A stretch of DNA of 64,000 nt from Octopus vulgaris (lineage: Eukaryota), in the NCBI GenBank assembly GCA_951406725.2, contig OX597817.1, forward strand, positions 169,942,001 to 170,006,000. Reading direction: 5' to 3'. A model generated the notes under the pieces. That model searched no databases, was not told where the DNA came from, and saw only the letters and a list, made by a program, of their open reading frames with translations. The translations under genes were made by a program, and so were the position numbers. Shown in pieces: positions 38,384 to 53,424 of this stretch. The first letter of the stretch is position 1, and every line of letters starts with the position of its first letter.

Positions 38384-39068
38384 AACACACATATAAAGAC
38401 ACACATATATACATACATACACACATACCTATATATACACACATATACATGCATACATATACACACATATACATACAAACATGCACACACACACACACAT
38501 ATAAAGACCCACATATACATATGATGATATACATACGCACATGCATGTATACACACATATACATGCATACATATGCACACATATACATACAAACACAAAC
38601 ACACACACACACACTGTTATACAGTGCAGTTTAAATTTACATTGCAAGGCAACAAGTATTTAGAACACCATGTGTATTTCTGTATATCTAAAGAGAAACT
38701 AGGAGGAGGAATCTCTATGAATCTCTGAACAAATGAAGACCTAGCAAATTTACCTGCTCCAGATTGCATAATTCAGCCATAATCTTCACTGAAATATGCA
38801 TAAGATGTAATTTATTAATTTATGATCCAACTAAGCAGTTTTGTTTTTTCTACATGCACTCTGTGATTTTCCTAATTATGAATGCAATTCATAAGAAAAA
38901 TGGATTATAATGCATAAATTCTCTTCCTAATTTTCTCTTGCAATGTATGATACATATGAATTTCTAAATACTGGTTATATATTATGCAATTTGAATTGCA
39001 CTATACAAATATATACATACATACACATACATACATACACATTTATTTTCTGTATCATTCTCTCCTCC

Positions 39069-39072
<4 letters not shown>

Positions 39073-39110
<38 letters not shown>

Positions 39111-39169
39111 AATAAATATATATAAATATATATATATATAAATAAATAAATATATATATAAATAAATAA

Positions 39170-39212
<43 letters not shown>

Positions 39213-39259
39213 TATATATAAATATATATATATATAAATAAATAAATATATATATATAA

Positions 39260-39320
<61 letters not shown>

Positions 39321-39321
39321 A
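39073..39321. repeat. (TA)n/(TAAA)n compound microsatellite
   Basis: Direct inspection. Confidence 0.95.
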
Positions 39322-39647
39322 AATAGAGATTCTGGTTTACCAATATGATTATTAAATCATAGCAAGTGAACATTGTTTTTTAATAGAACTGAAAACAAGC
39401 TCCTCTATAAGGGAGTTGAAAAGGGAATCAATTTTTGAACTTAAATAATTGGCATATACACTGTCTTGAATTATTTTCTATTGAGTTTTATGTTTTACAA
39501 CATCAATAACCACTAGAGCTTGTTTTCAGTTCTATTATGAAACTCTGTTCCTGTTATAATTTAATAATCACAACAGTAAATCAGATTTTTAATTTCTTAA
39601 GTTTTGGCAGCAAGTCTGTTATCTTTTGTAAATTGATTCACACTTAG

Positions 39648-39744
39648 ACTGGGCAGGAATACTGTTCAGACATTCCCACTGCTATTCTTATATATAACTG
39701 GGCAGGAATACTGTTCAGACATTCCCACTGCTATTCTTATATAT
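39648..39744. repeat. 49-bp tandem duplication
   Basis: actgggcaggaatactgttcagacattcccactgctattcttatatat occurs twice. Confidence 0.9.
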
Positions 39745-40194
39745 TACTGGCCAACTGGAACACTATTTACGAAATAGTAGTATATGCATTTCTCATTCTT
39801 TCTATGGTATCCCCAGATGATGCATTGACAAAGCTAAACATTATTACTTCCACACTTGCAGAAAACTCACATGCACATATATACATATGATATGTGCTTG
39901 TGTGTATGTATCTATACAAACACATATGTGTATGTGTCTGAGTGTGTATGTATGTAGGTCATTATTCAGTTTTATTTCAAGATTTCTTGCCAATAGAGAA
40001 AGAGCTAGTTTCTAACCTAGATCCAAGGCTCCTTCACTGGAATTTCATCATCAACAACAAAGTATTTTTGTTTGTATGCATACGTGCAGCTTTGTATGTT
40101 TTGTTGTATGTATGTAATCTCACCCATATACTTGCATATCTAGACCTGCTCACTCCTGGTCACGGCAGCCTCCCTATAATTTTAGCTTTTATGC

Positions 40195-40363
40195 CGTTAT
40201 TTTCTGAGTTCAAATTCCACCAGGGTCAACTTTACCTTTCATCCTTTCGGGGTCGATAAATAAAGTACCAGTTACGCACTGGGGTCGATGTAATCGACTT
40301 AATCCCTTTGTCTGTCTTTGTTTGTCCCCTGTATGTTTAGCCCCTTGTGAGCAATAAAGAAAT
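40195..40363 (+). mobile_element. SINE family B, 5'-truncated
   Basis: Core and tail as at 28679-28863. Confidence 0.8.
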
Positions 40364-40666
40364 ATACTTAAATGATAAACTTCTGGAAAGTTTTACAGAT
40401 TTTTACAGTTCCAGTGATGACTTGGATCCTGGATCTTCAAATCAGCTTTCTCCTTTCTGGTTTTGAGAAGCCCAATTTCTCATGATTGGCATTTAGACAG
40501 TGTGTTACGTATCCCAGTGCCCCAATAATTACAGGCATAAACCTAAACTTGTAATCTGGATAGAGAAACTGCAAATTTCTCAATAATTCAGCGTAGATAT
40601 TTTTTTTGACTGATCATTATGTTAACATCCACTGAGCAGCTGATTTTCACAAATGTACAGTTTGTT

Positions 40667-40712
<46 letters not shown>

Positions 40713-42539
40713 GATGGATGGATGCATGCATGTATAGTTCATAACTTGAAAGAACTGTAACAGTGCCTATCACCTTTACAGGCCCTCCCACACTGGTTAA
40801 ATTTTTGTTCAGCTTGAACTTCTGTGGTTCCATGTGTGTAGGGAAAGATTTCTAATAAAATTGCAGATTTGGGGATACAGGATTAGCTGAAATGATAACT
40901 ACGAAGCCTGGCGGGAGAGATACAGTCTGAAGGAAGAGGAAGGTGCATTGGGTAAAAAACAGCTTGGAAAATGAAACAGCAACAAGTAGTCTGTAAGCTG
41001 TACAAACAGAGAGAGAATACGATATCCTAGCAAAAAGAAAGCTTGTATGTGTGTGTGTGTGTGTGTGTGTGTAACAGTACAAGGGATTGTTGAGCACTGG
41101 ACTTGATATGTCGCATATCCTATTTCTGAATTCAATTCTCATTGATTTTGATTCAAATTTATTTCGATTTAATCCGTCTTGGAAAGATAAATCAAGTACC
41201 CATAATACCCCTGGACTTATGTTATTACATTTTATCCAAGCTAATATTAAATATAGAGACTTTATAGTGCAATAATGTTTACATTAATTGAAAGTCTAGA
41301 AGCTACACATTAAGGAGTGACACAACTAACAATGCATTGATTGATTTAAGAGAATTATGTCCTAGAACCATATTAGATTACTGCTCTCACATCTGGGACA
41401 AGGCTGTACTGCTGCTACATGTACAAACATCTGGCGCTGCACTGTACACTGCAACACATACAAGCATCTTAGCCTACATAACTTAGATAGCCACTGATGC
41501 ATTTACTACAACCACTGCCCCACAGATGGGATATTTCCTCTCTGGGTATCTTCTAATGCTCCTACAATGGCTTTTGCTTCTTGTACTAACTATCCACACT
41601 CAACACCTGATATCAGAAACAATTATTATTATTATTATTAGTTTCAAATTTTGGCAATTTCAGGAGCAGCAATTTCGGGGGCAGAGGTAAATCGATTACA
41701 TCAACCCTACGATTCAACTGGTACTTATTTTTTTGACCTCCCACACCCCAAGGATATATACTTACTTCAGCCAACACACTTATCACTTTTCTTCTCATCA
41801 CTATTGCATCTCTAGAATCTCCCACAAAATACTTTTTCTAATATATTATTTCCCAGAATTGTAACCATTTAAAACACCCTTTTTTGCCCCCTACAAACAT
41901 CAACTGTTGTTCAGGCAAGCATGCAGAAAGTCAAGGGTACAAGCCCATCCTCCCCTGATAATCTTAGAAAAACAAAAATACTTAACAACTTTTAAAAAGT
42001 CTTTAAAAGAAAAGTAATCAATGTGAAGAATTTATTTCATTTGTTGCCATTCTGAGAGTGACTGTTTCCTCACATGAGATTACAACTAAGTAGATAAAAT
42101 ACATTTGATGTAAATGTGTTGGAAAGTAAAATATTGATCATCTATTTGGTTGCTGGTAGTTATGATATAACATGGAGCTTTTACTTTCCCCAGACACAAC
42201 ACAACTTACATATGAAAAACTGCTTTCATGCTTTCATGTTATTTTCAACAATTTATGCTTAGCCTGTTTACAGATAAAATTACTTATGAATCTTGCATAT
42301 TAATGAATTCTTGGGAATTTTGTTTTCTTGCAATTTTCCCCCAGAAATTCTATTCCTGTCCAAGAACAATTTTTTTCCAGGTGGAAACTTATAGTATACT
42401 AGTTTTATATTTTTGCTTTAAAAGTATCTAACTGGGTAAAGCATTACTTAAAATAAAACTGAGACTAACTACTCAGGCTACCTACTCCTTGACTTTTCTT
42501 TCCTTTGTCTGTAGTCTTTTATTAAGGGTACTGCTTTTG

Positions 42540-42578
<39 letters not shown>

Positions 42579-44048
42579 TTCTGCCTTATGCTAGCACAAT
42601 TATTACTTGAATGTTGTCTCCTCCAACCCTATATCATGCAGCAATTAAGATGATTTTATTTGAATGTAATACTTCAAATAAGATGATTTTACTAGAATCA
42701 GAAGAGAGCAGTGCATTGAGCTGTACTTTCTATAAGCATCTAGAAGGTGGGTGGGAGACATTAATAAAGCCTTGCATACAGATATACATTTTAACAATGG
42801 AACTAGTTTCTCTTGGTGCCAACTCTCAGTTTTACTCGTATCCATAAATGGGATGCACAAGTCATCATTCAGGTGAAGCTTATCGTTTTCATCACATTTT
42901 TGTCTTACCCAGTATCAACTGCTTTATCCCTATAGTTATTCCGGCTGCTCTAATATAAAATTCTCATTTCATAGCAATATGCAATTACGTAAGCTATAAA
43001 TTTTTCACAGCATGATGCATATAAACTTCCTCTTTAATACTTTATCACCAGCTTGAGGAATTTATTGCTGTAGCAGATATACAAAGTCATAACATTTATG
43101 CTTTTCTCAAAAAGGCATTAATGATAAAAATGAAATATCTTCACTGGGAACTGACCTCTATTGGTGCTATCTTCATAAATTTATATTGAAATTGTCTGTT
43201 GCTATCAAGAGCTACATTAGTATATTCTATTATTTAACTAGAGAACCACTGTCTGTAGATATTGATTCAATGCTTTGTTTGAAGCTAAAGATAGGTGTTT
43301 TTTTTATGATGATTTGACCAGTGACTCCCACATAGACTAGTATATAACGCATCTTGGTCAAAGAAACACTAAGTGAACTTTGGGGAGATCATAATTATAC
43401 AGTATTAATTAATTATTAAGCTTGTTCAAAATCTAAAACTGATATTCTTTTTTTTTTTATGCTAAACATTTGAAAATGCAGAAACTGTTGATTAGCTAAT
43501 TTTTGGCATTAGAACAATTCTTTGTATTCATAGTGTCTGGTTTACAACTGACAGAACCCATATTGATTTTATTCATAATGTTTGACATTTTCAAATATTG
43601 CCAAAAACTGACTGGTTTAAAAACACAAAAGGAAACAAAAAAAAAAAAAGAGAAAAATTGGGTAGCAGGAGGGTGGGAGAGGAGTTTGAAATTATTCAAT
43701 AGTTCTCTCAATTTCAATAAGAATTCTTCAAATTTAATATCAATCATTTTATAACATTGATATTATAAATTGATCTTTTACATTTCCTACCAATGTTTCA
43801 AACACCATCAGTGTTTCTTTTCTTCCTTGTTTGTGTGTATTATGTGTGTGAGTATGCATGTGTAAAGATTAAAATTTCAATTTTCCTTGTTAACTTGCAG
43901 TTGTTTCAGTATAGGAGGAGAACAATTCCATACTGAATTGTAATGTTGAAAGTAGCATGTAAATAGCTGCAATAAAGTTAATTTGTAGTTGATACAAATT
44001 CAATTTACTAACACCATTTGTTTGTTTAACTGACATATGTAAAGAACA

Positions 44049-44086
<38 letters not shown>

Positions 44087-45403
44087 TTGGGACTTTGCAG
44101 TAGAATGTTCGGATGTGTTCTTTCTTTTAACTTGATAGCAGGTAAGAGCAAACAAACTTAAAGAATAAAGTATAATGCAACAAACTTTCAAAGTAACAAC
44201 ATTCTCAAATAGAACCCATATAAATTGAAATCTGATATCAAGGGATGTTACTGAGTAGAAGACAACCAACTAATTCAAATCAAAAAGAGATTTGATACTG
44301 AAAGAATATTAAATACGAAACATTCTTCTAATGTGCTCAAAGAGCCTTTATAAACAAATTATTATTTACTGGTTGTTGTTCAGTTTGGATCAAACATACA
44401 TATTATCAAAGTGTCCCATTCACCACCAGCTCATAATTTTCAAGCACAATATAATTTGGATTACATTATCAAATGTTTGTTTTTTTTTAAGACAAGAGGT
44501 GACTTGGGGAAGATTCGACTGTTATTCCTAGTAAGTCAAGACCATGGTGAGCATTCCTCATTAGCTCATATACTCATTGTGTCAACTAGGTAAACTGTTG
44601 TTTGGTAAGGTCAAACAACATAAACTGCTGTTATTCAGGGCAATATAACCTAATGCATTGTTCAACTGAATGATGTGTTTTTTTTATAAAAAACATTTCA
44701 CTTTTAGGTAGTATTTCAGTGAAAAGAGCTTTCAAAGCTCAGCTCTAAAACAAAAAGCTCTAAAACCAAAACTTAAAGCAAGATTTTCTGATCTTGTCCA
44801 TGTGAAAGGCAAATATGTACTTGGATGCTGGCAGACTGCACCATGAATATGTTACAGCTTCCATATCAGTACTTCCCATCACCACAGTCAAAGTTTGTTA
44901 CACTCAACTTATTATACACAAATACACATAGACAGATGATTTTAAGATTGACCATCCTTCCCCATCCCCTGCACACACACACAGCAATCCCAATCTTCTG
45001 AACCCCTGCCTGCACTCCCTACTCCTTACACAATGAAGGATCACTATCTGACCCTTGTCCTATGAGCATAGTTCTAGGAGAAATTCTCCTCTGAACTTCT
45101 CCCACTAAGTTTTTTTTGGGGGGGGCATTCTAGATTTCACAGCACACACAACTACAGTGTAACACTTCGACATTCAGTAGAAAAGAGCCAGCATCTTACT
45201 CTTTCTATAAGCCTTTCTGAGAAATTCCAGGATTGGGTTTTTCCCAAACTCTCATGTACAAACCTGATGGGTAAAATAGGTGAAATGGATTTATAGTACT
45301 GCATAGTAAAGCTATTAATATAGTCACTCTGTTGTTAAATATAGGAGTGTGAGATTTTCTACCTCATGGATTCTTAAACTACACACACACAAATATAACC
45401 ATC

Positions 45404-45443
<40 letters not shown>

Positions 45444-46776
45444 GGGAGAGGTAGATCCTTCCCTTTTAATTAAACTATTTACAATATGTTGAGATTCCTA
45501 TAATATTTTGAAGCATGATTCTTTTTCTCTTTCATTTACACAAATTTTAAAGAAATTATTGTCAATTATCTCAGATAACAGCTTTCAAGTTGGTTTTATA
45601 ATCGATAACTGTTTGCAGGATATTAAAATAAATTCATATAAAATTTATCAATAATTTAATCAATCATAATGTTCAAAAATGTTTAAGACAATTGAATGAT
45701 TTATCAAATTCTTCCCCTGGTGATATCATTTATTACTGAAGCAGGTAAATTTATGTTTTTTTTTTTTTTTTGTATATCAGTAAATATCAAATAAAAATTA
45801 AATGAGAACAATAGAGTTCTAGAAAATATAGTTCCTGTTGTAGATGGTCAATAGATATGCAGTCATTCTTGTAGATCAGCGATTCTTAAACTTTAACCAT
45901 AGTGACCCATTTTGGTAAATCAATAATAACTTCCTGCCAAATTTTTTTTTTAACATATTGCATTGAACTTTTTGTACTTTCTTTTGAGAAATATTTATCA
46001 GTTTTTATTTGCAGCAGAATGTGTTGTAGCACTTATGCCTATGGCATATTGTATGACTTAAAATAATGAGTTTATTGTATACAGTGCTTAGGTGCACCAC
46101 AACGTATTCATCAAACTTTACATTTTATCAAATATTACGAAAGAAGATTTTTTTTCATAACCTTTTCAGAATTACCCTATGGCCTATGTTATAGATTATC
46201 ATTTCTTGAGTATAGACAGAAACTAGTGTAGATTAGGTTTTCTAGAGTCTTTTTTTAGAGTGTCAGTTGGAGGATGGTGGACAGTGTTCCCTCTAAGCTG
46301 TGTATTTGTGCATGTGCACATATGATTTCCAACTAGAGATGGGGGGAAAAAAAATGAGCATGTACAAAGTTTAAAGATGAAATCAGACTTTTTTTAATGA
46401 AAGAAATTTCAGCAATGATTAATTACATGGATGCACACATTCTTTGCAAAATCAAAATTTGCATATAAGTAAATTTCTACACAACATTCACAACAAAAAA
46501 TTAAAGAAAACATAGGTCTGTATGATGTCATTTGGGATTTTGTTGGTCTTTCTAATATTTATAATTTTGCTTTTGTCCAGCATCCAGATTCTGAAGATTT
46601 GACAGTGTTGGTACAAGCAGTTGTAGAAGGTCTATCTGTTTATCTTTTACTTCTTTCAGCCACTACACTGTGACCATATTAGGGCACTACCTTGCAAGGT
46701 TGTGTGCCACAAACTGAGCCCAGTATATTTATTCTATCAGTCTCTTTTGCTGAATCACTGAGTTATAGGGATATAA

Positions 46777-47030
46777 TAATAATAATAATAATAATAAAAA
46801 CATTGTGTACAGTGCTCAGGTGCACTACAACTCATCGAAAGTGTATATATAATCAGGTGTAGTTTCGACGGATTTCGGAAAGCATGAGGGCCTTAAAGGA
46901 TGCAGTGTCATGGCAGTCAACAACTGACGCAGGCAGTTTATTCCATGCTTCAGCAACTCTGAGTGTGAAGAAATGTTTCCGAAAGTCATGGGAGCTGTGT
47001 TGTTTTCTGACTTTGTAGGCATGTCCACGT
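46777..47030 (-). mobile_element. CR1-like LINE 3' end inserted in a SINE A relic (~46640-47228)
   Basis: Minus strand reads GHAYKVRKQHSSHDFRKHFFTLRVAEAWNKLPASVVDCHDTASFKAL, followed by an (ATT)n tail. Confidence 0.8.
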
Positions 47031-48346
47031 TATAAACCAAAACTAGTTGTTAAGCAGTGGGACACATTCAAACCCACCTACGTACACACACACAACAGGC
47101 TTCCATACAGCAACTGTCTAACAAATTTACTAACCAAGGCCTACAATAAAAAAATAAAAAAAACTTGCCCTGAAACTGAACCTGAAATCACATTGTTGCA
47201 AAGTGAACTTCTTAACCACACAGCCATGTCATGTGTTTTTAGATTTCCTTACTGCATTTTGGGAGTTTTAGAAAAGAACCAAGTCAAAATCATTGTCTCA
47301 GCTGGAGCTATACACTTTTGTTTACTCCTCCTTGTATGCTATCTCGGTGACTGATATTCAAGAAATATCTAACGGTGTTTTGTGGCAGTTGAAGCATGAG
47401 TATTATTTAAGGCTGTCACTGTAAAAAAGGAGTGCGGTGTGATATTTGTTATTGTTGTTGTTGTTGACAATGATGCTTCTAATTACTCTATTATAATGTT
47501 TTACTGCTAGTTTTGTGAGTTACATTGGATACAAAAGTTGCTTATTTTCTATTTCCCTATACTCTATTTTACTTACTTTGTTATACCCTTGTTTAGGTCT
47601 TTGATGCAGAGTTTTATTTCAGTTGTGTGTGGTTTTTGTGTTTCAGGTTGTCTGTTTTAAGGTTGGTTATTTCTAGTGTTGGGTTTTTTTTTTTATTAGT
47701 CTTTAAAGTTTTAATAATTTTGCTTTTGTCCAGCTTCCAGATTTTTTTGTTGCCTTGCCTTGTGGAATAGATTTTTTAGATGCTTCTATAATTATTTTAT
47801 TGAGTGTATGTTAGAAACTGTGTTTTTGAATTCCGAGAATCTTTATACTTTTTTATTATTTTTTTTTTGGTGTACCTATTCTATTGTGTTTCTTTGAAGT
47901 TTGTTAAAAGTATTTTTATTTTCTTCACTGATGTGTGAGAGTGTTGTATTGATAATTTGTAGGTGGTCTGTGGAAAGTTAGAGAATTGTTTGCCAAGTGA
48001 TAGTGGTGGCTAAGTATGAGGAACAGAAGGTGATAACAAGAGAAGAGTTATTGTAATTGTTGTTTAACCCCAGGTCAACACTAATTGAGCAGACCTATGA
48101 TCAAAGGCATTCTATCCTGTCTTTTTTCCTATGTGCAAGGAACCTAAGACTACATTAATTCAGTGAGGCCTTACCATAATACTATGTGTGTTTATGTGTT
48201 AGTGAGACTAGTTTATAGTGTATATATCGGATTGTACAGTTAGGGCGATGTTTATATTCAATGGAGCTTCTATATATTGAAGTATGTGATTCTAGTGATA
48301 TATACAGTCATTGTAACAAAAACATATTGTAGTGTATACTTGTGGT

Positions 48347-48380
<34 letters not shown>

Positions 48381-48510
48381 GTCATAGTAACATAAAACGT
48401 TGGAAGTTGTTATTGCTCAGCATGGGTGTCAATTTGCGTGACACTGGTATCTGCTACGACTGTGATCTGCTTGGCTCGATGGGTTTGATACGTTTGAAAA
48501 TAAACTATTC

Positions 48511-48734
48511 ACATAAAAAGCACCATCCGATCGTGGCCGTTTGCCAGACTCGTCTGGTACGTAAAAAGCACCCACTACACTCATGGAGTGGTTGGCGTTA
48601 GGAAGGGCATCCAGCCGTAGAAACATTGCCAGATCAAACTGGGCCTGGTGCAGCCTTCTGGCTTCCCAGACCCCAGTTGAACCGTCCAACCCATGCTAGC
48701 ATGGAAAGCGGACGCTAAACGATGATGATGATGA
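48511..48734 (+). mobile_element. Family C retroposon copy
   Basis: ...ccatgctagcatggaaagcggacgctaaacgatgatgatg. Confidence 0.8.
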
Positions 48735-49810
48735 TATGGCAGATGGAAGATGGAATATATGAGAATTTATCATTAATCATGACAATTGTTTCGACACATC
48801 TAGCATCGATTCCTCAAGGGTGGGACACACAACAACTGATTCAAGAGCATCCACCAGTGCAGATGTATCTCGTCATGTAATAAATAAATACAACTCGTTA
48901 AAATAACTGTTCTGCAATGTAACTTCCCATTTTGTAGAAAGAAATGGAGCCAGACGGAGGAAATATCTTCATTTCTATAGAAAATCAAAAATAAAATCAC
49001 AGATGGCAAAAAGAGAAATGAACACACAATCTAGCGTGAAAAGTATTAAAAACGCAGCTTGCCCGAGGGTGTTTATACATCCATATTTGTTAATGGTTAT
49101 TTTTAATACTTTTATCATAGGAGCGGGCGTTCGTTTCTCTTTTTGTCATCTATGATTTTGTTTTCGATTTTCTATATAAATGAAGATATTTCTTCTGTCT
49201 AGCTGCTTTTCTTTCTACAAGCATCCGCAAAAATGTGAGCTTACGCACACATGAGGTTTGGTGCACTCATGATCACAAAGAGAGTCAGTTATTTACTTGG
49301 TGCTTATAACAATGGGGAGGTTAAAAGTAAACTTAATTCATCCAACTAAATTAAATTATGCTAATGGTTACTCAAAATTCATTCCCACTGCATTGTGCAA
49401 AATGCGTGTAGGAATCTTGAGAGATGTTTAGAAATTCTATTAATGATCTTCTCGTTGTTTTAACATCCACTTTTCTATGCTTGCACAGGTTGGACTGAAT
49501 TTATTGAGGCATATATTTCTACAGCTGGATGCCATTCCTGTCACCAACCCTTGCCTGTCTCCAAGTAAGATAAATATTTCCTCTGTCTGGCTGCATTTTT
49601 TCTACAAAACAGTAAGTTACATTGCGAAACAGTAATTTAATGAGTTGTATTTATTTATCGCCCAACAAGATACATCTGCACTGCCAGATACTCCTGAACT
49701 AGTTGTTGAGTGTCGCACCCATGAGAAATCGATGCCAGATGTGTCGAAACAATTGTTGTGATTAATAATAAATTCTCATATATTCCATCTTCCGTCTTTC
49801 ATTTGCCATA
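48735..49810. mobile_element. Older Penelope-like element with nested inverted repeats and degenerate hammerheads
   Basis: 48735-48965 is inverted at ~49573-49810, and 48932-49052 is inverted at 49100-49220. Minus-strand motif AUGACGA-GAUACAUCU...AGAUGUGUC-GAAAC AAUU GUC. Confidence 0.7.
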
Positions 49811-51823
49811 TACATAACAATCACTGTAAAAGTGAGTGTGCTTTACTAGTAAGCTACCAGGTGTAAACCATTCATTTTATATATCATCATCATTTAACAT
49901 CTGCCTTCTATGCTGGCATGGGTGGGAACTATATATATACATATATATATAAAGCTCACACTCAAAGAATATATATATTATCATTGTTTTAACATCCACT
50001 TTTCCAAGCTTGCACAGGTTGGACAGAATTTATTGAAGCATATATTTCTACAGCTTGATGCTCTTCCTGTCACAAACTCTTGCCTGTCTCCAAGTAAAAT
50101 AAATATTTCCCCATGACCAGATATGTTTTTATGGAAGATTGGAGCTGAAGTACATTGCTTGCATGACAGTGACACTTACAACAGTCATGCAAAGTCAAGG
50201 TGACACACACACACACACACACACACACGATGGACTGCTTTCAGTTTTCATCTTCCAAATCCACTCACAAGGCTTCGGTCGGCCTGGGGCGACAGTAAAA
50301 GGCACTTGTCAAAGTTGCCATACAGAGGGATTGAACCTGAAATCATGTTGTTGGAGAAGCAACATACAGCCACCCTGGTGCCTGTATACATGTGAAAAAT
50401 TATCCATACAGCCACTTACCATGCAACCACTCTGGTGCCTGTATATATGTGAAAAATTATCCAAAGATCCTTGGATAGCTTTAGTGGAGATTGCTCCAGT
50501 GTACATTATTTATCTCAAGCTGCACTTTGATTGGTGCAACTTTATGCATGTGCCAAACTTTACACTCTCCTTACTGGTACAGCTGCATGCTTTTACCATT
50601 CTTTTTCCATTATTATAAGTTACTGGTGAAACTGTTCCCTGCTGCATTTTTCTTTCTTTCTTTATTTTTTCATTCATTCATTTATTTATTTATTTCCAGA
50701 CAGTTTATTCTGAATATTTGTATTTGTTATGCTATCCAGATTCTCACTTTGCATCTGAACAACTAAACTACATCCTACACATCCAGAATACATAATATCT
50801 ATTAAATAGTTGGAACCTGAAGCAAACTAAGTCGAAAGTGAATAGAATAATGAATTAATTCTTATAAATATCGATTGAAAAAAAATGTGTCTATAAAGTT
50901 AAATGATGTTTGCAGTTAAAATGGTTTTCAAACTGAACTGAAAACATAACTGATATCTGTTAAAATAGTAGTTATACTATCTATCTCAAATGAGATTTTA
51001 GATGCTAGTTTTTCAAGTTCATCATCATCATCATCGTTATTATTTTCGTTTTCATTATTTTAAAAAGATTAAAAACTGGAAGCATTTTATTAATAAGCTC
51101 ATAAACAGGTCTGCTAGTATGAATATTTGCTTTAAATCTAAAAATTAATACCAAATTCTCTATTTCAGAATGAACTTATTGTCAGATCATCAAAGGCAAT
51201 ATCAACTCGGCAGAGATTTATTGAACTTATTGCCAATCTTTTAACTGGTTCGATTGATAACTACATAAATTACAGGTGAAACCATCAAATTGAAAAGGGG
51301 AAAAAGATTAAATGAATGAATGATAACGACTAACTTTAAGATATTTTATATTGATATTGAGATTTCAGATAGCTATTCAGTCAAGAAAGGCACTAAGTTC
51401 TGTTTGCAAATTAACAACATATATATTATATATATATTTATTTACACACAAAAGCAACAATATTTCTATGTCAGCCTAGAATAAAAGAAGAAAAATTAAA
51501 AGACTAATTTGCAAAATTCATAATATAGCAGCCAATAACATTTCAAAGGAATTAACATTTAATCATGCATATTGGTGTGTGAAAAAAAAAAAAAAACGAA
51601 AACAAAAAGCTGTACAAAGAAATGTCTATTTAGATCACATTCAATGTAAGACTTGCCCTATATGTCTTACTATCAGATATGCCCAAAGGAGGAATTTAAC
51701 GGAATATATTGCAGTAGTTTTAATTACTTCTCATAAGGTAAATATATTTCATGCTATGAAAATAGCTCAAGTCAATCTATTTCCATAATTTCCGATACTC
51801 TAATAATTGCACTGATCCACAGC

Positions 51824-51871
<48 letters not shown>
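51824..51871. repeat. (AAT)n microsatellite
   Basis: Direct inspection. Confidence 0.95.
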
Positions 51872-53380
51872 TGTAGAATATTATCAGTGTTAGATGAAGA
51901 AATCTGAACATGTAGAATGCAACTTTGATATCTAAATCCTGTTTTAGATAAATATCAGATAAATATCATATAGCCTGTATCATAATTATATTACTAATAG
52001 GGGTCAGAAGGAGATGGGGAGATTGAAGGAGAGAGAAAGAGAAAAAGGATGGACTAGATCTGTTATTTAATTTTACATACATTTTTAACTCTGTAAACTA
52101 ATTCCCCAAAAAAACAAAGATTCTTAAAGCCAATATCTAGTTCAAAATAGAAAAACAAAATGTATTCTTTTATACTTAAATTTTAACAAGCTTTGAATTA
52201 AATTTGAAACAAGAAACAAACTAACACCAATTCACTTCTCATTTTAAAAGTTTCAGTTCAGGATTAAGTATAAAAAAACAACCCTGAAATATTGAAAAAT
52301 ATACTTATTTTTCTGTAACCAGACATTGTTAAGAGGAAGATTTTATTACGTTACTGTTTCTAGAATGAAATGATAATGTTTCAGGTAAATATTTAAATTT
52401 CAGTATTTAGTGGAACATATTTCCTATTTTCATAGAAGAATGGTCTTCCCACTGTTAATCCTTCAACCTCAAAGAGGGAGGAACAACTATTTTACAATAA
52501 GACTGACCGAAGACCGAAGCAAAGAGAGTAATGTACCCTTGCTTAAATGCACAACACTGGTTGTTGTTTAGTTCTGGGTCAGCCATGGTTGAATAGATCT
52601 ATGATCAAAGGCCTTCCAGACATGACTGTACTGCCTTTTTCCAAGTTACAATGCACTCAGGGTCACATTTTCCAGTATGTCCCTTTTTAAGATGTCCAGG
52701 CATTACATATGGGGAAATATTTCTACCAGCTGAATGACTATGTAGGGGGTACACTGTTGGCTTGACAACACAATATTTGCAGCAAAGTTTGAAATGAAGA
52801 CCTTACAATTTGTATTTAGCACCTTAACCTGGTGGTTACTGAGCTTCTAAAACTATATTCTACACATTTAATAGATCTGTAGTACATGGAACTAGTTGAT
52901 TTACACAAAACAAATTGCTGCTTCAATTTTAACAACTAAATTTTAATAACTATTGTTGTTATTCAGATCAATACATTCCATTTAAATTTGATTACAATTG
53001 ATAACTATTTCCTAAACTATTCAGAGGAAGAGTCAAAGCTAATGTTGAATAATAGGTATGTCTTTCTAAACAAATCCATTTGATGAGATAAAATTGTGTT
53101 GCAATAAATTATTGACTAAACTATGAAACATTGGTTTGAAAATAATATGGATAAGAAAAAACTGGAGGCTAAGGAAAACGGTGAGAGTCTGTCTATAAAA
53201 ATCGGTTAATAAATTTTGTAAATTTGAATTAGTTTTTATATTGAAGTAAGGAAATGACTTCTAGTATTTCTGGCATGACAATTTTTCAGAGAAGAATAAG
53301 TCACTTCTTGGTTTTCTAAAGAGTGTAAGCCTGCCAAAACTGTTAGAATTACTTTCTTAGCAAACTTCACAAGCTTATTC

Positions 53381-53424
<44 letters not shown>

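Noticed and set aside
46282-46515. hAT-like MITE (CAGTGTTCCCTCTAA...)
   Set aside because: Right TIR heavily degenerate and no TSD found; not supportable by eye.
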